A stretch of 63,379 nucleotides of DNA, filler included, from Octopus bimaculoides (Eukaryota): the NCBI RefSeq assembly GCF_001194135.2. It is 4 parts of 4 records of this genome, joined end to end, with 100 filler letters (N's around TTAATTAATTAA, not from the genome) between each part and the next. Parts side by side here need not be neighbours in the genome. Positions count along the whole stretch, not along the records: positions 23,366 to 48,665 come from NC_068995.1; 3 more parts are not named here. One strand, 5' to 3'. The position numbers and the translations under genes are program-made. Shown piece after piece: positions 24,300 through 36,600 of the stretch (position 1 is the stretch's first letter; each line of letters starts with the position of its first letter). The notes beneath the pieces are model-generated. The model was not told where the DNA came from. It worked only from the letters and a program-made list of their open reading frames with translations, and ran no database searches.

Positions 24300-25470
24300 G
24301 GTATTATAGTACATTATACCGTAGTAGTTAGTCTCTAGACGAGTCATACTAATATAATTTACTAATAGCAGCAGGGATTTTGTAAAAATCTCTAAAGATA
24401 ATATAGTATAGATTCCCATGGTAGTTGAAGATTAGCTATAATTTATAGTAAATTACAATATAAGTTGAGGTCTTAAGGTAGGCCACATTAGTGTATAATT
24501 TACCAATAGCAGTTGTGGTCTTTACTAAAACTCCTAGTGAAAATTGAGGATTGAGTTCCATTGTAATAGAGAATTGACTATAATCTATAGTACATTGTAG
24601 TAACCATTCTAGATGTATTATTGATAATTTAGTTAAAAATATTTCATGAAGACTCTCCAGATTATCTGCTAATAATAGGATTTTTAATGATGAAGCTCAA
24701 TTCTATAATTTGGCATTAAATTGGGCAGGTTACAAAGAGAAGGTTTACTATATTGAAACTGATTGTAGAATAATAATAATAATAATAATATAATATTAGA
24801 TATTAAGGCAGGCCATATTAAAATATTAAAGTTACAAATAGCGGCTGTGGTTTTGCCATTAACTTCTAGGCACAATTTAGTATGGATTCCTTTATAATGG
24901 AGAGTTATTTATAACTTATAGTACAATATAGTGTGATATTAGATCTATATAAATGTATAACTTGACAATAGCAATTGTGGGTTTTGCATAACCTCCTAGA
25001 GGTAGGATAACACACTATAGATCTCCATTCTAATGGAAAATTGTTTATAATTTATAATTTATAACCTACAGTGCATAGGGTATAATATTAGGCCCTAAAA
25101 CAGGCCATATTAATATATTAATATGTAACTTACATATAGCAGCTGTGGTTTTTGAAAAAGCTCCTAGAGATAATAATTCCTATTGTAATTGAGGGTTATT
25201 TATAATTCATATTTTATAGTACAATGTAGTATAATATTAGCTCTTAAGGCAGGCATATCAATGTACAATTTACCAATAGCAATTGTGGGCTTTACAATAG
25301 CTCCTAGGATAATATAATCTAATTCTTATTAGAATAGAAATTTGAGTAAAAAATTGTGAACATTTCCTATAATATGGCAAGGTGTTACCTCCCCTTAATG
25401 GACTTAATTTAGGAAGGGACAGAAATTAAAATAAGTCATTTAACGATAAATTTAAATATGGAAGAAATCT
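24300..25470. repeat. Degenerate ~140-bp tandem array interrupted by a PLE RT-thumb fragment (~24630-24790)
   Basis: The tagc..tgtgg...ctcctag motif occurs at 24366, 24507, 24839, 24969, 25137 and 25277. The insert translates LVKNIS*RLSRLSANNRIFNDEAQFYNLALNWAGYKEK. Confidence 0.7.
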
Positions 25471-26325
25471 NNNNNNNNNNNNNNNNNNNNNNNNNNNNNN
25501 NNNNNNNNNNNNNNNNNNNNNNNNNNNNNNNNNNNNNNNNNNNNNNNNNNNNNNNNNNNNNNNNNNNNNNNNNNNNNNNNCTAGAAATACGGTATTGATC
25601 TCCAAATTTTGATTTTTTGTTTGATTTGTTTGTTTGTTCTAAAAGATTATTCCTCGAAGATTATTCCCTGAAGACGTGTATGGCAACTTATATGTTTGAC
25701 TTAAACTTGACGGTCAAATATAGCTTTATACAGAAATGTTGACATAGGAATAAATTACATTAATAATGGATATTAGCGTCAAATCTCTTTCTTAAATGTA
25801 AAAATTTAAAACTTTGGATATATAAACAAGGAGAACGATCCATAAGGAGTCTAATATAGATTTTCTTTGCGGTGAAATCTCCTGCTATATTGGTAACGAT
25901 TACATAGTTTTCTATGAAAAATTATATATATATATATATAAATAGTATTCTGTATATCTTAATGCCACTAGTAGTGAATTTTTACCGAACTTGTTGGCTG
26001 TTTACAACACTAGTGGTCTGCTAATCACTGTTTCTTTTTCTCTGTATAAGTAGAGGCTAAATTTGTCTATAGATGTAACTACTTGCTATTGATGATACTC
26101 AAAGAAGCAGAGATCTAGATTTAGCAATTCCACCACAACTGATGGATGCTTCTTGTCTGCTACTGATATACTTATGTGCTTTTGGGCACTATACATTTAT
26201 ACAAGACACAGATTTCTGGTTTTTTTACAGTATACCTATAAGATATACAGACAGCTATTTTGAACTAATGCTAATGCTACTTCTGTCACTAGTAATATAT
26301 ATATATATATATATTTACACACACC

Positions 26326-27000
26326 GTCATCATCATTTAACAAGTGTTCCATACTGGCATGGCATGGGTTGGACGATTTGATAGTAGCTGGCAAGCTGGG
26401 GAACTGCAACAGGCTCCAATTGTCTGTTTTGGCATAGTTTCTATGGCTCAATGCCCTTTCTAATGCCAACCACTCTACAGAGTGTATTGAGTCCTTTTTA
26501 TGTGGCACCAGCATCAGCAAGGTTGCATAGTAACTTACAAGACAGTTACCTCTTAGCTGAGGTAAGTGGCTATGTGCCAAGCATGAGGTTAGAGTATGAT
26601 GGACAGAGACAGTTGTCATTCTATAGAGGAGATAACTTGGCTGTCCCAGTAGGACAAAGAAGGGAAAGGGAGGTGGGAGAGAGTTAGGGAGAAAGATGGA
26701 GAAAGAGTAAGAAAGAGAGAGAAATTGATGATGTTGGAAATGCATTGGGGCCTGCCTGCAGAGTGAAGGGGTATAAGTACTACAGAGAGGATAGAGGTGG
26801 TGGACCATAAGAGTGTGAGGGAAACTGGAGAAGCTGGGAGGGGGCAAGGAAGATATGTGAAGACATGCAGAATGTGCACAGGTACATGAGTGAGAGTGGA
26901 GTGGAGGGGCCTGCGGCAGGTGTTGGGGAGATGGGAGAGTTTTGACAAAGGTTAGATATTTGCATGTGTCAGGGGGTGGAGGCATGGCTGTAAATAACAT
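26326..27000 (-). mobile_element. RTE-tail-derived repeat with adjoining purine-rich segment
   Basis: Starts catcatcatttaac...ggttggacg. The ggctgtcccagt segment is shared with 46990-47060 (opposite strand). Confidence 0.6.
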
Positions 27001-27039
27001 ACATTATGTGTGCATGGCCATGATTATCTTTGACTTGTT

Positions 27040-27385
27040 TTAGTCATTAATTTGTAGCTATGCTAGGACACCACCTTGAAGAATTTCAATTGAATAGATT
27101 GACTCCAGTATTTATTTTTTTTAAAGCCTGGTGCTTATTCTATTGGTCTCTTCTGCCAAACTGCTAAGTTGTGGAGATGTAAACACACCATCACCAGTTG
27201 TTAAACACAGACACAAAGACATGCCTACATGTGACGGTCTTCTTTCAGTTTCTGTCTACCATATCCACTCACAAGGCTTTGATAGGCCCAAGGCTATAGT
27301 AGAAGACACTAGCCCAAGGTGGGACTGAATCCAGAACCATGTGGTCAGGAAATAAGCTTCTTACCACATAGCCACACTTGTGCCT
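27040..27385 (-). mobile_element. tRNA-derived SINE, near full length
   Basis: Same consensus as 38535-38927 and 40460-40815 (gaagacact.gcccaaggt..gggactgaa.ccagaaccatgtgg). Confidence 0.8.
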
Positions 27386-28249
27386 ATATATATTTTATTA
27401 AAACTGAAAAAACTTCACAAAAAATTACTACACATACAAATATCTATGTTCATATAACATTTAAATATGAAAATATACATATATCATCATCATCATCATT
27501 TAATGTCCTCCTTCCATGATGGCATAGGTTGGACTGTTCATCAGACTGTTGTGATGATACAGAATAATGAAATTTTATAAATCTTGAGTATATATAATAT
27601 TTTGTAGATACCAGTTCAATGAATAAGCATTTAAACCTGATTAGGTAACTAATTTGTAAAATAATGGTGCATTAATGGCAGCAAATTACAATAGACTATA
27701 GCAGAGAAATAAATATAAACAATAGTTGAATTGAAAAATTTTGTGTAAGAAAGAGTAAAAAGATACAGAATATAATAGATTATGTCATTGCAAATGATTA
27801 AAAGAAATATAATAAAAATTAGAAAAAGGTAGGGGGTTAAATTGAACTCAAAATTAAAATTAAAGATTAAAAGCTATAGTTGAGATTAAAATAAATAAAT
27901 AAAAATACAATAATAAAGGAAAAGTAACCCCCCCCCCCAAATCCCTGATATGGAATCTTTAAGTAATATCTAAAAAAAATATTTGTAGTTAGTATGCAAA
28001 ACATTTAAACTGAATCAACTAGACCTTATCTGATCATCTGATCAACTTGTTATCCATCTGTTTTCTATTATAGAATAATTTATAATTCTATACTTTTAAT
28101 TTCATTATATTATTAATTTTTCTACATTGTTATATTTATGTGTACACATAAGTGTACATGTATGTGCACATATATGAGTGTGTATGCATATATGTATCTG
28201 TGTATGTATGTATGTATGTATATGTGTATAAATATATACAAGCACACAA

Positions 28250-28506
28250 TCCACACTGTAAATTTCGTTGGCATATGGAAGGACATCCAGCTGTAAAACT
28301 ATGCCAAAACTGACCTCGCCTGTGCTGGTGCCGCATAAAAAGTACCCAGCCCACTCTGTGGGGTGGTTGGTGCTAGGAATGGCACCCAACTGTAAAAACC
28401 ATGCCAAAAGCAACACAGAAGTCTGGTGCAGTCTTCTGCCTGGCCAGCTTCAGTCAGACTGTCCAACCTATGCCATCATGGAAGGAGGACATTAAATGAT
28501 GATGAT
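28250..28506 (+). mobile_element. RTE-tail-derived repeat
   Basis: aaggacatccagctgtaaaac...tccaacctatgcc...ttaaatgatgatgat. Confidence 0.75.
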
Positions 28507-28779
28507 ATATGTATATTTTCATATATATTTATGTTCATATAACATTTAAATATGTGTACGAGTTTGTGTGTGTGTGTGTGTACATATGTATATTTCTATG
28601 TTTGTGAGTATATATGCAGATATACGGGGGAGGAGGTGCTAAATTTATATTTATGTATTTATATGTTTTTATGTGCATATATATTTATTTTTTTATTCTT
28701 TTGCTAGTTTCAGCTTGGGAGCTGCAGTTATGCTGGGGCACTGCCATTAGCTTTGGTCCACTTTCTTTACATGAAAACC

Positions 28780-29800
28780 TTTGATATGTGGCATTTGGTG
28801 TATGAAAGATTTTGATGTTGCACTCATTTGTATTTCCTGCCATGATGTAGGTTCATCAAAAACTTTGGACAGCAGATGCAGTTTTGTTTTGAAGACCCCT
28901 ACATACACCCCTTATAGGTCTCTCAGGCTTTTTGGGAGTATATTGAAGAATTGTGGGCCCTTGAAACTCAAGCTGTTGCAGTATTTGGTCCTGTAACCTG
29001 ATGGCAATGTTGAGATTTTTAGCACTATGAAGTGGCACCCCATTCTGCTGTTTGTGTAACATTCAATGCCAAAGTTTGGTACATATTACTGCATATCTCT
29101 CTTGCCTTTGTTCTAGGGAGTAGAGTCATAACCTTTCTAGCCTTTCAGAGTTCCACTGTTTAATTTTACTCTGCATGGTGACCATAGTAGGGAGCAGTAG
29201 CCTAAGCAGTTGAGGTCAAATGTCCTCCAGAGGACCGTCATGGTTTCCTGTTCTCTTGTTCTGAAAGTTCAAAGGATACATCTGGCTAGCCACCTGATTT
29301 TATGGCCAACTCAGAAATATGCATCATTATTCATGTTGGTGCCCATGTCACACACTGATTTTGATTCAGAGATTGCAATCCTCTGGGGCTGGTGTATCCT
29401 GTCTGCATTTCACTGAGCTTTGTGTGCTGGTAGCACAGGACTTGGAAGTTTCCAGCATTAAACTGCATGTTATTGTCCTCAGTCCACCTGTATATTATGT
29501 TCAACTCCTGTTGCAGATGCGTACTATCTCCAGGGTTCTGTATCCTCTGAGAAACTTTTGTATCATTTGCATAGCTAGTACAGGTGGCTATCTGAGCAGC
29601 TGTGGGCATATCTGAGATGGCCATTATGATTATCAGTGGCCCTAAGACAGTGTCATGTGGGACATCACTCACTATTTGTGTTTCCATGGATATAGCTCCA
29701 TTGGCCACCACAGCTTGGCTTCCATCTTTTAAAAATTCATATAGCCACTCTAAGTATTCCAGTTACACCAAGATCACACTGCTTGTGACATATACCATGA
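28780..29800 (-). mobile_element. Degenerate CR1/L2-like LINE RT fragment
   Basis: SDVPHDTVLGPL..ISDMP..SYANDTK..LQQELNIIYRW..NNMQFNAG corresponds to GVPQGSVLGP/YADDT/LxxW..M.FN motifs. Confidence 0.8.
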
Positions 29801-29829
29801 TCAACTTTATCACAGGCTACATCTGATTC

Positions 29830-31690
29830 CACTATGCCTAATTTTCTGTCATCACTTTTGCACTTTGCCAAACATGTACACTGATATTGCACATCCATTG
29901 GATCATGCTAGCTTCATTCCTCTTTGATCTTCGTATGTCCTCTGCATTCAGGGTCCATGTCTCATTACCATCTGTACACAAAGATCATACAATTTGCCTT
30001 TCCCTCTGAGAGAGAAGCCTTTCATTGCCAACAGATGTAATAACTCTGAACTTTCTCCATCCTATTCTTATTCTAGCAACTACACTTTCAGAACATCTAC
30101 CTCTACTGCTAATTTGGTCACCTAAGTAACAGAACTATCTACAACTTCTAAGGAGCCTCCTGGGCATTTGAGAAAATTTAATTCCTGTGCGTCTTTAGTA
30201 GAATTTATTGCATTGCATTTGCCACATACAGTCTCCTTTCTCTGTTAAACTATTTGTGATGCCATTATGCCCCTTATATGTGTCCATAGCTTGCACTAGT
30301 TGCATTGAATGGAATTCCGTCCAACACCTTATCTGCACTTTCAATAGAGCCATTTACCTGGCAGAAAGAGTGTCTTATTTGCTTTCTACAACTTTGGTCT
30401 TAGCTAAGTTAACTCTAAGGTCCTTTGATTCCAGGTTTTACATCCATACATGGAATTTCTTTACCAATTCTGCTATAGAATCTACTATAAGAGCATGATT
30501 ATCAATATATAGTAGCCAGTCACGAATTTCTGAGGGAACTTAAAGCAGAGCTCTGGTGAACTTTTTCAAGTACACTCCATTCATGGCTGACTTCCAATTT
30601 ACTGAAAGACCTCTACACATGGTTTGTATGGCTGTAACAAATCAGTTATCAAATCCTAATTTCCTTAAAGATCACAAAATAATAGAGTGAAGGACTCTAT
30701 TGAATGCTTTCTCTGGATACAATGGTTTACTTTTGGCTAGATACTTCTGCACTAGGAAGATAACGTCTGAAGCACTCTATTATGGGACAAACTGCATCTC
30801 ATCTAGTCTACTCCTTTCCTAATCAATTGGGCTATACAATTCTCACTGTAATTTTTGTGACCTAGCTTTGCAGTTTGATACCTCTCTGTTTCTAAGGTAT
30901 TTCTTTCACACTTGTAGCAGTTGATTATAATGCTTTACACCAGTCATTGAATATGACACTTTTCTGCATTACCTGATTGACTATGCCAGTGACAAGGCTA
31001 TATCCTACACCACCAGATATTTTAAGCATCTCAGTAGTGATTCTTGATGGCCCAGAAGCTTTCCTTGTCATCATATCCTTAATTGCTTTAGCTACCATAC
31101 TGCTGTCAACTCTGATGGCTGGTCCATCAGTTGGGTCTATATTTGAATGACTGTCCTTCTCCTATGCATTCTCCACATTCAGTAACCTTTCATAGTGGGA
31201 CTTCCAGGCCTCTTTCTTAGAATCATAAAATGCAAGAATACTATTAGCCATTTGCACACATTTCTCATCCATAACATCTCTATTCTCTCTGATACACTGA
31301 TTGCAATCCAGAACACCTCATACCTCTGATCCTCATGCAGTAGAACATTGGCAAATCTATTTGCTGCTTCTCCTTTGCTATGTAAATCTGTTGCTTAACT
31401 TCTCTTCTGGTTCTCATTTTCCCAGTCATTCCAGGCCTGTCGCTTTGCTTTTATAGCACTGTCTACCTCCTTGTTCCACCACCATGTTATCTTTAGCCTG
31501 GATGGGTCTTTGCATCAACCACAGACTTGGTCTGTAGCCCTCAGGAAGTTGCTCCACAAAACCTTCCAGTTGTGTTCTATGCTATTCCACCTCCTTCTCA
31601 TCAGATGTTTTGAATTGCAGCTGGTTTACTGGGTCTTTGAGTTTTTTTAACCTCCTTTTTGAGACAGGTTTGTTTCTTTATGTCCTTCTG
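29830..31690 (-). mobile_element. Degenerate RTE LINE (PHD-bearing family), RT to C-terminal region
   Basis: The reverse complement shows RNEASM.QWM (~29890), GVGRNSIQC..CKLWTH (~30270-30330), LEKAF (~30700) and EAWKSHYERL (~31190). Confidence 0.8.
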
Positions 31691-32020
31691 AAGTTACTAA
31701 CTACAAACCTATGTTGAGTTGTACATTCTTAATACTGATAAAGTCACTATGTTTAGAGTTAATATTTATTTAACTTAGAGAGTGAGTTGAAGTTACTACA
31801 TTAGGAGCTTACTTGTTTCAGTCATTTTACTATGTCCATGCTGAAGCACCACCATTTGGTAACATTATGATGGGGTTGAAAATTTTCAAGAATTTAAAAG
31901 AATATCTGCAGAATTTTTGTTTTAACATTTATTGATATGGAAATTCAAATCAAGTAATATTTTGATTTCTGATTATTTTTTTTTAGCAGTAAGCATTGGT
32001 TGGTTATTATTAATCAGAAT

Positions 32021-33610
32021 ATCATCATCATCATCATCGTCGTTTAACGTCCGCTTTCCATGCTAGCATGGGTTGGACGATTTGACTGAGGACTGGTGAA
32101 ACCAGATGGCTACACCAGGCTCCAATCTGATTTGGCAGAGTTTCTACAGCTGGATGCCCTTCCTAACGCCAACCACTCAGAGAGTGTAGTGGATGCTTTT
32201 ACGAGTCACCCGCATGAAGGCCAGTCAGGCGGTACTGGCAATGGCCACGCTCAAAATGGTGTATTTCATGTGCCACCCGCACAAGAGCCAGTCCAGGGGC
32301 ACTGGCAACGATCTCGCTCGAAAATCCTATGAAGGCCATTCAGGCGGTACTGGCAACGGCCACGCTCAAAGTGGTGTATTTTATGTNNNNNNNNNNNNNN
32401 NNNNNNNNNNNNNNNNNNNNNNNNNNNNNNNNNNNNNNNNNNNNNNNNNNNNNNNNNNNNNNNNNNNNNNNNNNNNNNNNNNNNNNNNNNNNNNNNNNNN
32501 NNNNNNNNNNNNNNNNNNNNNNNNNNNNNNNNNNNNNNNNNNNNNNNNNNNNNNNNNNNNNNNNNNNNNNNNNNNNNNNNNNNNNNNNNNNNNNNNNNNN
32601 NNNNNNNNNNNNNNNNNNNNNNNNNNNNNNNNNNNNNNNNNNNNNNNNNNNNNNNNNNNNNNNNNNNNNNNNNNNNNNNNNNNNNNNNNNNNNNNNNNNN
32701 NNNNNNNNNNNNNNNNNNNNNNNNNNNNNNNNNNNNNNNNNNNNNNNNNNNNNNNNNNNNNNNNNNNNNNNNNNNNNNNNNNNNNNNNNNNNNNNNNNNN
32801 NNNNNNNNNNNNNNNNNNNNNNNNNNNNNNNNNNNNNNNNNNNNNNNNNNNNNNNNNNNNNNNNNNNNNNNNNNNNNNNNNNNNNNNNNNNNNNNNNNNN
32901 NNNNNNNNNNNNNNNNNNNNNNNNNNNNNNNNNNNNNNNNNNNNNNNNNNNNNNNNNNNNNNNNNNNNNNNNNNNNNNNNNNNNNNNNNNNNNNNNNNNN
33001 NNNNNNNNNNNNNNNNNNNNNNNNNNNNNNNNNNNNNNNNNNNNNNNNNNNNNNNNNNNNNNNNNNNNNNNNNNNNNNNNNNNNNNNNNNNNNNNNNNNN
33101 NNNNNNNNNNNNNNNNNNNNNNNNNNNNNNNNNNNNNNNNNNNNNNNNNNNNNNNNNNNNNNNNNNNNNNNNNNNNNNNNNNNNNNNNNNNNNNNNNNNN
33201 NNNNNNNNNNNNNNNNNNNNNNNNNNNNNNNNNNNNNNNNNNNNNNNNNNNNNNNNNNNNNNNNNNNNNNNNNNNNNNNNNNNNNNNNNNNNNNNNNNNN
33301 NNNNNNNNNNNNNNNNNNNNNNNNNNNNATTTAACTCGATTTCGATTTCACTTGCCTCAACATGTCTTCGCAAGTTGAGTTTAGTATCCAATTTAACTTG
33401 ATTTCGATTTCACTTGCCTCAACAGGTCTTCGCAAGTGGAGTTTAGTATCCAATTTAACTTGATTTCGATTTCACTTGCCTCAACAGGTCTTCGCAAGTG
33501 GAGTTTAGTATCCAATTTAACTCAATTTCGATTTCACTTGCCTCAACAGGTCTTCGCAAGTGGAGTTTGGTGTCCAATGAAGGAAGGTATGCATAAGTGG
33601 ACTGGCTGAG
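32021..33610 (-). mobile_element. RTE 3' UTR/tail copy spanning a 942-N gap, with a 62-bp tandem array
   Basis: The tail (CAT)n is at 32022-32040. After the gap, four 62-bp units start at 33329, 33391, 33453 and 33515. Confidence 0.8.
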
Positions 33611-36600
33611 GCCTTGTATAAGAATTTTCATTTACTTTAGAAAATGAATTTGTATTAAAGAGAAAATTAGCAATCATAGACTGAGAAGAAATATGAGTTG
33701 ATTATCAGTAAGTATATAAGTGATAATGTTTTTATTATACACCACTAAAACAACTGTAGAAAACAATTGAATTATGAAACATCTTTGAAATTTATGAGTT
33801 ACTGCTTTTTGTTTATTACATATATGTGTGTGTGTGTGTATACACATACATATAATGGTGCTTTGTTCAGTTTCTATCCACTGTATTCCCTCATTAGGAA
33901 TTGTCAGTCCAGGGCTGAGTAGAAAACAAAAAGAATTAACAAAACAAACAAAATGTATTCATTATTTATTGTCTCTTTTTCTTTTCATGTTTCCACTTGT
34001 ATTTTGACTTCCCTCATTATATAACCAACTGAGGAGTAATGTAGCAGGTCTTTGCCTCAGATTGAACCTGAAACTCATATTTTCCAGTTTTTTGTCAACA
34101 ACAACCAGACAATGTTATGAACCAATCATGTTCTTTGGCCAGACTGACTGCCATCAGCAAAATAACTGACCATTCAAAATTGCAAAACACTTGATGTCAT
34201 CAGGAGACAATCTAGTTACAGTTGCTAAGGTCTCCCCAAAATAGGCAAAAACAATTAGTGACCAGTCAACAAGAATTTGAATGCAGATAGCAGCACATCA
34301 GCAACCTTTCAGTAATTAGCAACTAGATCTGGCAAATATGAAAAACTATCTGTGATAAACACTACTATGAAAAGAATTGTTTTCTCTTTTCTGTTATTGT
34401 AGGCAGTTGTGATTGGTAATTCTTCTTGTAAGCAATGCTGTATGAAGAAATGAAACCAGGACTTCATTGTTGTATTTTCATTTCATATAACTGTTTCACT
34501 TGGCTCCACTCTAATGAATACTATCTTCTTGTATTAGCTAGTATTTTTATATATTGTCAGTAGAATGACTTACTATATTAAAATTTCATTAATCTACTTT
34601 TATCTTGAAAGTGGTTGGGCTTAAAAGTAGAAAACAATATCTTTAGAAGTATCCACTTTGTTGTAAACATTGAATCAGGCACTCAAGAAAAAGAGAACAC
34701 TCATTCTCTTGATGTTCACATATGTATTTTTTTTTTACTTAACCAAAGTTTGAAGTAAATTACAAAAATAATTGTAATTTAGTGTTTCACAGGTAGAATT
34801 TTCTTTTTCTTTCATAAAATATTTAAATATACCTTTTGGACAAGACTTATGTAAAACTGTGATAACTAGAGTCTACAATGTCATAGATTTTTACACTCTG
34901 AAAATACTTTGCTGCTTAATTCACCTACAAAATCTTATAATTTTACAGATAATATTTTTTCTTTACTTTCAAGTTGCTTTCTTCTTCCAATAATGTCTGA
35001 AAAATTGCCTAAATTTCAAATAAAAAAGAAACATATTTAAATATAAATTAGAACCTGAACTTCTAACTCTGTAAAAGACACATTCTAAATTTGGTAAACT
35101 TGGTAAATTTGGTAAACTTGGAGGAAAAGAGAAAGTGCTTCTGAAGGCAAATGCTGATATTGTGTCCCCAGGAAAAAACACTATAACACTTCAAGCAAAA
35201 TTAATAAATGATCATTATCATTACAGAATTTAGAAGATATGCTACCAGTTTTTGGTGAACTAACTCAATGACTGAATTTTGATAACTAACTGAAACTGTT
35301 TGTTTCACTTACTTTTCAAATGCCTTTGTGAAAACATATATAACTTCCTACTTTCTTCTAAACTTATTGACTTTGGGAGGGAGGTTCATCTAAATATAAA
35401 CACATTTTAACATAAAAAGTCTTTAACAAATATATTTCTAAAGAAAACACATTTTAAACAATGCCTTTATGTGTTTGTGTGTTATTGATACAAACGTTTT
35501 CTGGACAGGTATCTTTGTCTTTTCTGATTTTGATTAAAACAACATTTTGAGCAGTTTGGTGTCCATTTGTCAAATATATTTATTTCTTGTGATTTACATT
35601 TATGTAATTAACTATTCAATGTACAAACTTTGAACAAAAACAATAAATTTCAACAAGATTTACTAATTTAAATAACTTTTCTTCCATTCACTTTCATAAT
35701 AGAATATATTATATAATCTGAAATTAGGGATTTTTATCCTAAGGTAGGAAATATTCTTAACAAAAAGAGTGAAAGAAAATATAAATAGCATCAAATATCA
35801 TTGATGTGTTGGAATAAATATTTTACTGAATTAGAATTAATCCCTCCTCATAGCACAGATATTTTATTCAATTTTGCAAACTTTATAAAACCGTTTTGCA
35901 TGTAAAGATAATCGTCAGTTTCCTTAAATTCTTAATATACTTTCTTTATAATTAAGAAGTTTATGAAAATAAGACTAGAGAATGAAAGAGTAGAAGAGAA
36001 GGGAAAAAGAAAATAGGATAAATTTAAGTGTTTCAAATTATTTTACATTTGAAATAAAATAAGAAATGAAAATACTAATAAAATTAAAATAATCTCTTCA
36101 TAACATAAAATAAAAGTGTAGCAAAATCTGATGAATTAATAATGTTAATAAAGTAAGAAAATGGACATAAATTTTTCTTATTCTCTCATTTAATTTAAAT
36201 AGATTTACTGTAATTGAAATTGTTATTTATTTTAGAGTTTTTTTTTCAAATTATTAAGACCAAAAAAAAAAAAGCATTATAAAAATTAATGCTAAAAATG
36301 TGTTCTATATATATTTTTTTAAATGCATATATTTTTCTTACTAAACATACAATTTTTTATTTCATAAAATAAATCTCATTTTTGTTTGTGGAAATTTTTA
36401 ATATTTGGTTAGCAGCTGTAATCACTCAAAAAAAAACAAACAAACAAAAAAAACATAAGGTAATGTTAATTGTATTATTCCTTGTTTTGTTCTCTTAATT
36501 CTTAGTATTTAACATACTTTTCTGTTGACACTTAACTTGCACTGAACTTTACCTATTTACAAGTGAGATTTCAGTGCTGCATCAGCATAATTGAATAACA

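Noticed and set aside
32193-33401. Long ORFs of 300-400 aa in the ORF track (also near 47700, 55800-56700 and 62100-62600)
   Set aside because: They are mostly X residues read through N gaps.
33329-33576. 62-bp repeats as a CRISPR array
   Set aside because: The units are head-to-tail with no unique spacers and derive from an RTE 3' UTR.
34969-35181. ORF with PSLPNL repeats
   Set aside because: It comes from a short 9-bp tandem repeat, with no splice or homology support, in the putative SHOC2 3' region.
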